A stretch of DNA of 59,628 nucleotides from assembly GCA_964545365.1 (NCBI GenBank), contig CAZJFM010000005.1, forward strand, positions 12,462-72,089, written 5' to 3'. This DNA is from an uncultured Candidatus Competibacteraceae bacterium (GTDB lineage: Bacteria; Bacteroidota; Bacteroidia; CAIKAF01). Position numbers and translations under genes: made by a program. This document shows positions 1-8,920 of this stretch, in pieces; position 1 is the stretch's first letter; each line of letters begins with the position of its first letter. Under the pieces are notes generated by a model that was not told the origin of the DNA, did not search any database, and worked only from the letters and a program-made list of their open reading frames with translations.

Positions 1-69
1 CGTGCTCCTTTTCTGGGTTCTGCCCTAAGATCAGCCATGGCCAAAGGTAGAAAATTGACTTAGATAGAC

Positions 70-215
70 GCGGCCCGGCGGCGCCGGAAACCCCGCAGTT
101 TGGGCAGCCGCCTCGGCTTGGGCAGCGGAGGCTGAGGAACGAAGCCCACGCAGGCCCTAGCCGGGCGTGCTGCCCAAAGTAGGAGTTGCAGGCAGAGACG
201 GAAAAGCCGCCCAAA
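70..215 (-). repeat. Palindromic interspersed element, copy 1 (divergent)
   Basis: Stem TTTGGGCAGC 99-108 pairs with GCTGCCCAAA 169-178, with inner arms 109-123/154-167. On the minus strand it begins TTTGGGCGG and ends GGGGTTTCCGGCGCCG, similar to the other copies. Confidence 0.6.
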
Positions 216-231
216 GCCATTAAGGACTTAC

Positions 232-239
232 TATCTTTG
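232..239 (+). promoter_or_regulatory. Bacteroidota -7 promoter box TATCTTTG
   Basis: Matches TAnnTTTG and lies 4 nt before the maf ATG. Confidence 0.65.
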
Positions 240-243
240 CCCC

Positions 244-846
244 ATGCAATACTCAATGGCACTTCCCTACCGTTTGGTCTTGGGTTCTGGGTCGCCGCGA
301 CGCAAGGAGTTGCTGGAGGGCCTGGGCTTGAAGTTTTCTGTGGAGGTTCGACCTGTGGATGAGGAAGTTCCGGAAAATATGGAAGCCGGTGCGGCGGCCG
401 AATCGTTGGCGGCTCAAAAGGCTGTTCCTTTTTACCAAGACTTGCAAGATTCGGCCGAGCTTTTGCTGCTTACCGCGGATACGGTAGTTTCTATCGATGG
501 AAAGTTGCTGGCTAAGCCCGCGGACGAGGAAGAAGCCAAGGAAATGCTGCGGCGTTTAAGTGGTCGCCAACACGAGGTGGTTACCGGCTTTGCTTTGTCT
601 TGGGGAGAGCAACAAAGGTGCCAATCGGTTCGGTCGGTAGTGCATATGTGCGCGCTGTCGGAGAAACTCATTCATTATTACGTAAGTCGGTTTAGGCCAT
701 TGGACAAAGCCGGGGCTTATGGAATTCAGGAATTTATAGGGATGGCCGGCGTAGAAAAAATCGAAGGCTGTTTTTACAATATTATGGGTCTGCCCACGCA
801 GGCTGTGTATGCCACATTAAGTGCATTTTGCCATGAGAACCATTGA
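244..846 (+). CDS. maf: Maf family nucleoside triphosphate pyrophosphatase
   Basis: LGSGSPRRKELL N-terminus, ADTVV, KPAD and DKAGAYGIQ motifs. Confidence 0.95.
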   Translation: MQYSMALPYRLVLGSGSPRRKELLEGLGLKFSVEVRPVDEEVPENMEAGAAAESLAAQKAVPFYQDLQDSAELLLLTADTVVSIDGKLLAKPADEEEAKEMLRRLSGRQHEVVTGFALSWGEQQRCQSVRSVVHMCALSEKLIHYYVSRFRPLDKAGAYGIQEFIGMAGVEKIEGCFYNIMGLPTQAVYATLSAFCHENH

Positions 847-1084
847 TCAAATTGAGCATCCGGTGTTTCGGATAACCATTATGAAAATGAACGACAAGCA
901 TTTGTTGCGTGTGGAGGCCGGCCCTTACGAGCAAGTGTATAAATTCACCCCGGATATGGCAGAAGGGCCCGCAGATATTCGAGGATTGGTAGATGAGGCG
1001 TTTTTAGAAAAGGTAAAAGAGCTGTTCGACGGCATGCACGGCCACTTTTTGCCTGCGGTTCGAAAACTCAAAGGGCGCGACTAA
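821..1084 (+). CDS. Small hypothetical protein; start may be ATG at 833
   Basis: 87-aa ORF overlapping the maf end and ending at the cdaA stop. Globular-looking composition; no motif recognised. Confidence 0.65.
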   Translation: MHFAMRTIDQIEHPVFRITIMKMNDKHLLRVEAGPYEQVYKFTPDMAEGPADIRGLVDEAFLEKVKELFDGMHGHFLPAVRKLKGRD

Positions 1085-1899
1085 GCTCCCGACTCGGCCT
1101 CTTTACCGGGACTTTTAAGTAGTTGCCGTAGCTTATCTATGGCTTCTTCTATGGTTACGTCCTCTTCCAACATCCCACCTTGGCTCCAACTGATTTGTCC
1201 GGTCTGTTCGGAAACCACCAAAGCCAAAGCGTCGGAAACTTCGGTAATGCCTGCCGCGGCACGGTGACGCAAGCCCAAATGATCGGGAAAATCAACCTTT
1301 TCGGTAATGGGCAAAATACATTTGGCTGCACGAAGCGTGTTGCCTTTAATGAGTACCGCCCCGTCGTGCAAAGGGGTGTTGTTGTAAAAAATTTGCTGCA
1401 CCAGCAGGCTCGAAAATCGTGCTTCCAGGGTTTGCCCGGACTTCAAATAAAATCCTAAGCCGTTTTCGCGGATAAAGACCAGCAAGGCTCCGGTGCGCGA
1501 CTGAGACAAGGCCTTTAAGGCAGCTGCCAGCTCCTTAAAATCTAAATTGGACCGATTGGTCCAAGCCCAGCGCCCGCTGAACATAGCGCGCACAAAGCGG
1601 CGGCGGTTGTGTTTGCCTGTGTTGCCGAGCAAGAGCAAAAAGCGGCGAATTTCTTGCTGAAACACAATGATAAGGGCAATGACCCCAACACCAATGAACT
1701 GCCCCAAAATTTGACTAAGCAAACGCATTTGCAGGGCGTCGACGGTAAGGTAAACCACATAAATAATGAGCATTCCGGCAAAAATCCGCAAAGCTTGTGT
1801 GCCTCGAATGAGCACATAGACCTGGTAAAAAAGCACGGCCACCAGCAGGATGTCGACCAAATCGACCCATTGCCACTGAATAAACTGCAAAAAACTCAT
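1081..1899 (-). CDS. cdaA: Diadenylate cyclase CdaA/DacA (membrane-bound DAC)
   Basis: Three N-terminal TM helices, HDGA and GLRHRAA catalytic motifs. ATG at 1899 overlaps the folP stop (ATGA). Confidence 0.93.
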   Translation of the reverse strand: MSFLQFIQWQWVDLVDILLVAVLFYQVYVLIRGTQALRIFAGMLIIYVVYLTVDALQMRLLSQILGQFIGVGVIALIIVFQQEIRRFLLLLGNTGKHNRRRFVRAMFSGRWAWTNRSNLDFKELAAALKALSQSRTGALLVFIRENGLGFYLKSGQTLEARFSSLLVQQIFYNNTPLHDGAVLIKGNTLRAAKCILPITEKVDFPDHLGLRHRAAAGITEVSDALALVVSEQTGQISWSQGGMLEEDVTIEEAIDKLRQLLKSPGKEAESGA

Positions 1900-2753
1900 G
1901 GTTCTGCTTGTTTTTGTTGGTGGCAAGCCCACCAAAAGTCAATGGCTTGGCGGGTTTCGGCCACATCGTGCACGCGCAGCACATCGGCTCCTTGTTCCAG
2001 GGCCAGTACGGCACCGGCCAAGCTGCCTGCCAAAGCCTGTTCGGGCGCATCTACGCCACTGGCTTGTTGCACCATGCGCTTGCGCGAAATCCCCACCAAA
2101 AGAGGCCTTTCACACATTTCTTTGATATGAGCCAATCCGTTAAATAAGGCCAAATTGTGCGCCAAGGTTTTCCCAAAACCAAAACCGGGGTCAACAATGG
2201 TATCGTGCAAGCCCAAGCTATGCAAATGATGCAGTCTACGGCTAAGCCACTCGGTAACTTCCACAAGCACATGGCCATACACCGGATTTTTTTGCATGGT
2301 TTTGGAATCCCCCTGACGATGCATAACCACATAGGGCAAGGCTTGGGTTGCAGCCCATTCCGGCAAGCGAGGGTCGGCCAAACCTCCTGAAATATCATTA
2401 ATGATGTGCGCTCCCATTTCCACGGCACGTTGAGCTACATTCAGCCGCCAAGTATCGACCGATAAGGGCAAACCTATGCCCAAGGTTTGAACCCTTTGCA
2501 GCACCAAACGCAAGCGCTCCCACTCCACTTCTTCGGGCAACACCTCGGCACCGGGCCGGCTGGACATGCCTCCAAGGTCGAGTATATCCGCGCCACCATC
2601 CACGGCCAGGCCAAGGGCTGCATCAAGGGCGGCCTCTTCGGTAGCCCTGCTTTGGCGGTAAAAGGAATCGGGAGTAACATTCAAAATAGCCATTAGTTTA
2701 GGCTTTTGAAGGCTGTAGAGTTCCCGATTTAAACGAATATGGTAGCTTTGCAT
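1896..2753 (-). CDS. folP: Dihydropteroate synthase
   Basis: ILNVTPDSF, SSRPGA, SVDT, DPGFGFGK, SRK and RVHDV motifs. Confidence 0.97.
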   Translation of the reverse strand: MQSYHIRLNRELYSLQKPKLMAILNVTPDSFYRQSRATEEAALDAALGLAVDGGADILDLGGMSSRPGAEVLPEEVEWERLRLVLQRVQTLGIGLPLSVDTWRLNVAQRAVEMGAHIINDISGGLADPRLPEWAATQALPYVVMHRQGDSKTMQKNPVYGHVLVEVTEWLSRRLHHLHSLGLHDTIVDPGFGFGKTLAHNLALFNGLAHIKEMCERPLLVGISRKRMVQQASGVDAPEQALAGSLAGAVLALEQGADVLRVHDVAETRQAIDFWWACHQQKQAEP

Positions 2754-2774
2754 GAACGGAGAACCGATTGTGCC

Positions 2775-3314
2775 ATGGAAGAAACACGGCGTACTTATGA
2801 TGCGGCCTTAAAGGTATGCAAAAGCCTGTTTACGCTAAAACTGCAAGACTACGGAAGCAACTGGCGCATTTTGCGTCCGGAATCGCTTACCGACCAGCTG
2901 CTTATAAAAGCCAGGCGCATTAGAACCTTAGAAACTACGGGAGCACGCCAGGTGGACGAAGGTATTGAACCTGAGTTTATTGGACTAGTCAACTACGCCA
3001 TTATGTCCATCATTCAATTGGAAAAAGGCTGGCTCGACGCCCCTGCCACCGAGCCGGAACCTATTGAAGTTTGGTACGACGAAGTAGCAGAAACCGCACG
3101 TGCACTCATGATTGCCAAAAACACCGATTACGGCGAAGCCTGGCGCGACATGCGCATCAGTTCCCTCACCGACATGGTGCTGAACCGGATTTACCGAATC
3201 AAGCAAATTGAGGACAACCAAGGCAAAACCAAAGTAAGTGAAGGACTGGATGCCAACTATTTAGACCTTATCAACTATGCCCTTTTTGCCCTCATTCGGC
3301 TCGAAGTAGCTTAG
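2775..3314 (+). CDS. DUF1599 domain protein (two repeats)
   Basis: Duplicated K-x-x-DYG-x-x-WR motif (KLQDYGSNWR and KNTDYGEAWR). Start placed at ATG 2775. Confidence 0.85.
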   Translation: MEETRRTYDAALKVCKSLFTLKLQDYGSNWRILRPESLTDQLLIKARRIRTLETTGARQVDEGIEPEFIGLVNYAIMSIIQLEKGWLDAPATEPEPIEVWYDEVAETARALMIAKNTDYGEAWRDMRISSLTDMVLNRIYRIKQIEDNQGKTKVSEGLDANYLDLINYALFALIRLEVA

Positions 3315-3342
3315 TTCGGCTCCCTTTTCTGATTTTTTTTGA

Positions 3343-3489
3343 TTTGGGGCGCCGGGCGGGCTTTCAGGCTTCGGGCCAAACGCTTGGCAAAGGCAGGCTA
3401 AGCCTCCGGTAGTTCCGCAAAGCTCCACTTCCTCGGCCAAGCCTGCTTAAGCCAAGCTTTTGGCCGCTCCCGCCTTCAATCCCTGCGCC
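3343..3489 (+). repeat. Palindromic interspersed element, copy 2 (loop type GTTCCGCAAAGCT)
   Basis: Starts TTTGGGGCGCCGGGCGGG. Stems 3374-3399/3440-3465; loop GTTCCGCAAAGCTCCAC 3412-3428; ends ATCCCTGCGCC. Confidence 0.8.
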
Positions 3490-3674
3490 AATTCTAAACT
3501 TTAGACCGCTTTCTTTGGAATTTATTTAACAGCTTTTTTGCAAACTAGGCTTCGCTTTCCCTGCGGCCTGCGTATTTTTGCTATGAAGCAAGCCTAGTGG
3601 GCAAGCAAAAGCAAAAACAGATGCAACTTAGCCAAACTCGGGTTTGAGCAAAGGAATATAAATACAGATTGCGC

Positions 3675-5114
3675 ATGAAAACTTTGGTATGGATTTCCCG
3701 TTTGCTGGTAGGCACCATTTTTATTCTATCGGGCTTGGTAAAAGCCAACGATCCGCATGGTTTTTCCTACAAGCTTCAGGAATACTTTGATGTATTTTCC
3801 AAGGACCTGAGTACGGAAGTTCACTACGAACTAACGGAAGAAGGTAAGGCCTTAGAAGGTCAAGCCTGTGCCCATCTTATCCTGGAAAACCACAAAGAAA
3901 AAATTGAAACAGAAATTCCGGAAAGCGAGCAAGGCTTTTTTACCAAAACCTTCGTGAGCCTGTTTTCCTGGTTTGGAGAAAAATCGCTGGGGCTTGCCAT
4001 ATTTATTTGTGTGTTGGAAATTCTATTGGGCTTGGCCGTGCTTTATGGATTTAAGGTACCCTTGGTAAGCTGGCTGCTGCTGCTCATGATATTGTTCTTT
4101 ACCTTCCTTACCTTTTATTCGGCATACTTCGAAAAAGTGACCGATTGCGGATGCTTCGGCGATGCCCTAAAGTTGACGCCTTGGCAGTCCTTTGGAAAGG
4201 ACGTATTTCTGTTGGTCTTTATTTTGCCCATATTCTTTTCGAGAAAGCGCATCCAAAGCCAAGGCGCACCCGACCAAAGTCATGCTGCTTTAATGATTGC
4301 TTCGGTGGTGCTGATGGCCTTGCTATGCATCCTTCAGTTTAAGTGGTATTTCCCCATTTTATTTATCGGATTGGCACATTCTGTGCGTTGGCTTAGCGGC
4401 TTGTGGTTTAGCAAGCAAACCGCTACTTACACTGCCCTTATTACTACGGTAGCCTCTGCGGTGTTCAGCATTTGGACCGCCCGAACAGAGCCCTTAAAAG
4501 ACTATCGGCCATGGGCAGTAGGCAAAAACATTCGGACCGAAGCAGCATCTAGCCCGGATCGGATTCAAACCAACTTGCTGTACATTCGGAAAAGCGATTG
4601 TGAGGTTATTGCGAAAGATGCCAATGGTACCGATTGGAGTTGGATGACCGAGGAATTTGACCAAACGCATTTGTTTTGGAAACAAGAAAACAAAGTTTTG
4701 GAAGAAGGCCAACAAGCCAAGATTAAGGATATAAGTATGTTTGATCCTTATACCGGCACATCTATGGGCGACAGCCTTTTTGCAGAACAAGGCTATGCCC
4801 TGCTTTCGGTAGTAAACTATTTGGATGAGATAAAGCCTAGTGTGGCAGAGGAAATTGCACGTATTGCAGCCTTTGCCGCTGAAAAGGGTGTTTTTTGCAT
4901 GGTTGCGGCCCCGGAAAACGATGAAACCTTATTGGAATTCAGGCAGCAATACCAAATTCAAGCGCCTGTAGTGTTCAACGACGAAAAAGCACTTAAAACC
5001 ATATTAAGGAGTAATGGAGGTCTGGTGCTTTTAAAAAATGGCATTGTGATGAACAAGTGGTCTGCACGCACCTTGCCCACCGTAGATGAGTTAAAAGCCC
5101 AGTTGGGCGCATGA
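3675..5114 (+). CDS. DoxX/MauE-like membrane protein (BT_3928 family) with C-terminal thioredoxin-like domain
   Basis: RLLVGTIFILSGLVKANDP-GF-YKL-EYF and DCGCFGD motifs; multiple TM helices. Confidence 0.85.
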   Translation: MKTLVWISRLLVGTIFILSGLVKANDPHGFSYKLQEYFDVFSKDLSTEVHYELTEEGKALEGQACAHLILENHKEKIETEIPESEQGFFTKTFVSLFSWFGEKSLGLAIFICVLEILLGLAVLYGFKVPLVSWLLLLMILFFTFLTFYSAYFEKVTDCGCFGDALKLTPWQSFGKDVFLLVFILPIFFSRKRIQSQGAPDQSHAALMIASVVLMALLCILQFKWYFPILFIGLAHSVRWLSGLWFSKQTATYTALITTVASAVFSIWTARTEPLKDYRPWAVGKNIRTEAASSPDRIQTNLLYIRKSDCEVIAKDANGTDWSWMTEEFDQTHLFWKQENKVLEEGQQAKIKDISMFDPYTGTSMGDSLFAEQGYALLSVVNYLDEIKPSVAEEIARIAAFAAEKGVFCMVAAPENDETLLEFRQQYQIQAPVVFNDEKALKTILRSNGGLVLLKNGIVMNKWSARTLPTVDELKAQLGA

Positions 5115-6163
5115 AAAGCGGCTTAAGTATACTAGCCCGCACCCTGCTGTTTGTGTATGGCAGTGCCACGCTGTTGGCTGTTTTATTTTTTGGCTTGCTA
5201 AATAAAGATCAAGCAGCGGTATACGAAATGGCGGGTCAACAAACCGACAGCAGTACCATAGCAGGCATTCGAGCTATGTATAGGCTGGATGAGCCTATGC
5301 CCATGCAAGTAGCCGGTTACTTAAACGACTTAAGCCCCATATCGCTTTATAAAAATGAAGTACCACAAGTGCCACACCTTGGTTTTTCCGTTGGCACGGT
5401 GCAGTTGGTTTTAAAACAGCCTTGGTTTGGGAGGAGTTATCAAAGCAACCGGGCGGTGCACCATTACATTTGGGAGGCTATTCCTCAGACAGTAATACTC
5501 GCCTTAAGCTCTTTGTTTTTTGCGGCCGTCGGAGGCATTGGATTAGGCGTTTTAAGTCATCGTTTTAAGGTAGGTTGGCTGGAACGACTTTTGCTCACCT
5601 TGGCGTCGACAGGTATGGCCTTGCCGAGTTTTTTTTCGGCAGTGCTCATAAGCTGGCTCTTTGGCTATGTTTGGCACAGCTATACGGGACTTTACCCATG
5701 GGGCAATTTATATGAAATAGACGACTGGACAGGAGCATCCCGTTTGGTTTGGAGCAACGTATTACTCCCCACACTAACCCTCGCGGTGCGACCGTTAGCG
5801 GTATTGATGCAAATGACCAAAAACAGTTTAGAGGAAGCGCAGCATTTACCGCATGTGCGCACAGCAACTGCAAAAGGCTTAAGCAAGCAAGGGGTATTAT
5901 TTAAGCATGTATTGCGCAATGCACTAGGGCCGGTTTGGACAAGCTTGAGCGGATGGTTGGGTAATTTGTTGGCAGGGGCGGTATTTGTAGAATATATTTT
6001 TGGATGGAAAGGGCTTGGACAGCTTTTGATTCAATCGTTAACAGGCATGGATTACCCTATATTGATGGGTTGTATTGTTACCATTGCTGCATTATTTAGT
6101 GCCTTGCAGGGACTTACCGATAGCGTGCATCAAAGCTTGGATCCCAGGCTTAGACGTACATAA
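5111..6163 (+). CDS. ABC transporter permease, DppB/OppB type
   Basis: EAA-like loop TATAKGLS, VFVEYIFGWKGLG and DYP motifs; overlaps the upstream stop (ATGA). Confidence 0.9.
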   Translation: MKSGLSILARTLLFVYGSATLLAVLFFGLLNKDQAAVYEMAGQQTDSSTIAGIRAMYRLDEPMPMQVAGYLNDLSPISLYKNEVPQVPHLGFSVGTVQLVLKQPWFGRSYQSNRAVHHYIWEAIPQTVILALSSLFFAAVGGIGLGVLSHRFKVGWLERLLLTLASTGMALPSFFSAVLISWLFGYVWHSYTGLYPWGNLYEIDDWTGASRLVWSNVLLPTLTLAVRPLAVLMQMTKNSLEEAQHLPHVRTATAKGLSKQGVLFKHVLRNALGPVWTSLSGWLGNLLAGAVFVEYIFGWKGLGQLLIQSLTGMDYPILMGCIVTIAALFSALQGLTDSVHQSLDPRLRRT

Positions 6164-6271
6164 ACCAAAGCGAGCCCGTTTACGGGTTGTGTACACTAGT
6201 GGAGCCCAATGCCTTGTTGCCAAAACGCTCTACTTACACTACACAAACAACTACTTTAAGTAAGAGGCGGA

Positions 6272-6631
6272 TCATCCCTTCTGTTTCTTCACCAGTTTCA
6301 GAAGTATATAATTTTCGGTAGCCTCTGCGGAAAAGCCCACATCGTAAACGAAAAAGTGATGAGGGTTTTTGTTATCTCTATGTGTAAAATAGTCAAAATT
6401 AAAACCTGCCTGTTCGAGCATTTCCTTAGAGGGCGTCTGAACTCCTTCTTGAAGGAACTGCGCTAAAATCTTGCGGTTACTTCTTAAAATAGACTCAATC
6501 TTACGAAAACCGGCCTGGTGAGCCTTATACTTTTGATTGTGAAAATTGGTGCGGCAACTGTCGTCGCAAAACTTCTTATCTACCCTCCCCTGAATAGCAG
6601 CGCCGCAATCCATGCAATTTTTCTGGCACAT
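6272..6631 (-). CDS. Zn-ribbon hypothetical protein (DUF2116-like)
   Basis: N-terminal CxxC-x12-CxxxC (CMDC...GRVDKKFCDDSCR). Confidence 0.8.
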   Translation of the reverse strand: MCQKNCMDCGAAIQGRVDKKFCDDSCRTNFHNQKYKAHQAGFRKIESILRSNRKILAQFLQEGVQTPSKEMLEQAGFNFDYFTHRDNKNPHHFFVYDVGFSAEATENYILLKLVKKQKG

Positions 6632-6742
6632 AATTTAGATGGTTTAAAAGTTAAGCAAAATTGCATCATAAATTTACAAAAATGTTTTTTGGTTGTTATT
6701 AGCGTGACTTAAAAAAGTTTACTTTTTATTAACAGTTTGGTG

Positions 6743-7369
6743 TTAGTTGTGAGGCTGATCCGGGATAGATGTTAAAAAGTGGGCAAACTCCTGATCAAAA
6801 CTCTTTCCCATATCTTGCAAGTACCACCGCTGCATGCCCTCTGCAATGTCCGTGGGCTCCAAACCCTGGCCTACCAATTGGGTTCTATACTCCATAGCTT
6901 TTTGAGTTCGTGGCCCCCAGACCCCCAGGACCTCAAGACTAGCTCTTCGCAGTAGTATAAGTTTAGGAATAGACTTGGCACCATTGGTCAAAAATGCATC
7001 CATAAGCCTAGGGTTTGCATCGCGGAGCAGCAAATGAAGCTCGATTTTATCTGAAGCCTCTTCCAACTTTTGAAGCATAGGAATATAATAGGCAGCATCA
7101 CCACACCATGCTTCGGTAATGCAGAGCCATAGCATGGGTTCATTGATAGACATAAGGGCATCCAACAAATGAGACTGGGGCGTCCATTGCTTATATATAC
7201 GACGAGAGCGGGCGGCATTTAATTTGGTGTAATGGATTAGCGCTTTAGATTGAACCGCGCCCGTAGTTTTGCCGTTGGCGATACAATCTTGCACTAACTT
7301 CCGGTATTCCGAAGAGGTCATGGCTTGTTTCAGGAGTTCCGATTTCAGATATTTCATTTTGATTTTCAA
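6743..7369 (-). CDS. Thioredoxin family protein (Thioredoxin_9-like)
   Basis: TEAWCGDA, LRD-N--LMD-FLTNG-KSIPKLI and WGPR motifs. Start may be 7357. Confidence 0.88.
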   Translation of the reverse strand: MKIKMKYLKSELLKQAMTSSEYRKLVQDCIANGKTTGAVQSKALIHYTKLNAARSRRIYKQWTPQSHLLDALMSINEPMLWLCITEAWCGDAAYYIPMLQKLEEASDKIELHLLLRDANPRLMDAFLTNGAKSIPKLILLRRASLEVLGVWGPRTQKAMEYRTQLVGQGLEPTDIAEGMQRWYLQDMGKSFDQEFAHFLTSIPDQPHN

Positions 7370-7395
7370 ATAGTTAACAATAAAGAGCCAAAGAA

Positions 7396-7422
7396 TAAAC
7401 GTTTGTAAACGTTTAATAAACG
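7396..7422. promoter_or_regulatory. Triple direct repeat TAAACG(TTT), candidate operator
   Basis: TAAACGTTT at 7396 and 7406 and TAAACG at 7417, in the divergent thioredoxin/ssb spacer. Confidence 0.45.
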
Positions 7423-7495
7423 ACTAGAGCCAATAGGGGGTTGCACCTTTGTACTGTTCGTTGTTCGAAGCTAAAACGCAAAAACCAAAAGACGC

Positions 7496-7858
7496 ATGAA
7501 AAATCTAAGTAATTCAGTACGCTTGATGGGAAGGTTAGGAGCCGACCCGGAAATCAAAGAACTAGAAAACGGCAGCCGTGTAGCCCGTTTTTCTGTAGCC
7601 ACCTCAGAAATCTACCGAAACCCGTCGGGAGAACGGGTAAGTGAAACACAGTGGCACCAAGTAACTGCCTGGAACAAAATGGCCGAACTTTCGGAAAAAT
7701 TGTTGGGCAAAGGTAGTGAGGTCGCTGTAGAAGGCAAATTGGTTCACAGCAGTTATACCGGTAAAGACGGTCAAAAGAAATACTATACCGAGGTAGTGGT
7801 CCGGGAAATGATGGCCATAGGCCGCAAGGACAAATCTACCGAGGCAGCAGAAGTTTAA
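7496..7858 (+). CDS. ssb: Single-stranded DNA-binding protein, short paralog
   Basis: N-V-L-GRLG-DPE, VARFSVAT, TQWH-V-AW and KGSEVAVEGKL motifs. No C-terminal DDxPF tail. Confidence 0.93.
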   Translation: MKNLSNSVRLMGRLGADPEIKELENGSRVARFSVATSEIYRNPSGERVSETQWHQVTAWNKMAELSEKLLGKGSEVAVEGKLVHSSYTGKDGQKKYYTEVVVREMMAIGRKDKSTEAAEV

Positions 7859-8072
7859 CTTGGGTGGGGGACGAAGAAGTGCCCTGCAGGGGATCTGTGG
7901 GGCCTTCTTTCCTTACATCTCAAAAGCTTGGTTGGTTGGTTTAGGCTTTTCTGCAGTGCACTTTGCCTGCAGAAAGCCAGTCACGCCCGCACTCTTCGCT
8001 CTCTTATATATGCCGCATACCTTTTCATGCGGGCGTGCCTGGCTTTAACGTGAGGTTTGATTTGTTCGCAAA

Positions 8073-8104
8073 AAAAATGCCCTGCGCTGGCGCAGGGCAT
8101 TTTT
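8073..8104. terminator. Bidirectional intrinsic terminator
   Basis: AAAAATGCCCTGCG-CTGG-CGCAGGGCATTTTT between convergent ssb and yceI. Confidence 0.85.
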
Positions 8105-8124
8105 GTGCAAAACAATCTACTGTA

Positions 8125-8793
8125 TTATTGCTTTGGATTTGCTGTAAGCGACAAATCGTATTCAATAATATCGCTGATTACATTGTCCTTTAAGTCATCA
8201 AAAAACTTATCAGATCCGTAACGGATGTCCCATTCGGTACGGTCAATACTAAAGGAAGCCGTTAAATTGGCCTGGTCTTCGGTAGCTGTAAATTGAGCCG
8301 GAAAAGAAATGTTCTTTTCAATGCCTTTAATGGTAAGATTACCGGAAACGTTGTAGTTGTTTCCATCGGCATCTGCTTGCTCCATGGGTTCAGCACTTGT
8401 AATTTCAAAAGAACTCACTGGGTGCGTAGCCACGTCAAAAAAGTCCGGGCTGGTTAGGTGGCCTACCAACTTTTGGTTGGACTCTTGATCTTCCAAATCC
8501 AAATTGGAAATGCTGTTCATGTCAATACTAAATGAACCCGCCGTTAAGGTATCGTTCTCCACGCTTAAACTTCCTTCGGAAATCTGAATGGTACCGTTAT
8601 GGCTAGAACCGGTAACTTTTGAGCCCATCCATCCTAAGGTGGTAGCTTCAACATTTACCGCATAAGTTTTGCTTAAGGCCGTAGCTTCAGCAGCGGCTTG
8701 AGCATCGGTAGCTTCGGTGTTGGCGCCACCACCGCAGGCGGTAAGCAATAAACCAAGGCTTAAAGCAGAAAGAGTTTGTGTGTACATAATCAT
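8125..8793 (-). CDS. YceI family lipoprotein
   Basis: Lipobox LLLTAC; W-GSKVTGS-H-G, HL-SPDFFDV, GNLTIKGI-K-I-F and IDRTEWDIRYGS motifs. TATCTTTG box (8811-8804) upstream. Start is 8793 or 8787, not 9081. Confidence 0.92.
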   Translation of the reverse strand: MIMYTQTLSALSLGLLLTACGGGANTEATDAQAAAEATALSKTYAVNVEATTLGWMGSKVTGSSHNGTIQISEGSLSVENDTLTAGSFSIDMNSISNLDLEDQESNQKLVGHLTSPDFFDVATHPVSSFEITSAEPMEQADADGNNYNVSGNLTIKGIEKNISFPAQFTATEDQANLTASFSIDRTEWDIRYGSDKFFDDLKDNVISDIIEYDLSLTANPKQ

Positions 8794-8920
8794 TGATTTT
8801 TGACAAAGATAATTAATTGTAGGTACAATTAAAATGCTTGCACCATACAGTAAGAAAAAATGAAATGAAAAATTGTTCATTCTTAGATTTATACCCGCAT
8901 AGCTTCTGTATTTTCGCCGT

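Noticed and set aside
195-204. 10-nt match between element copy 1 and the right arm of the 35-bp repeat (TTCCGTCTCT)
   Set aside because: Too short to separate from chance in 60 kb; not used as evidence that the two families are related.
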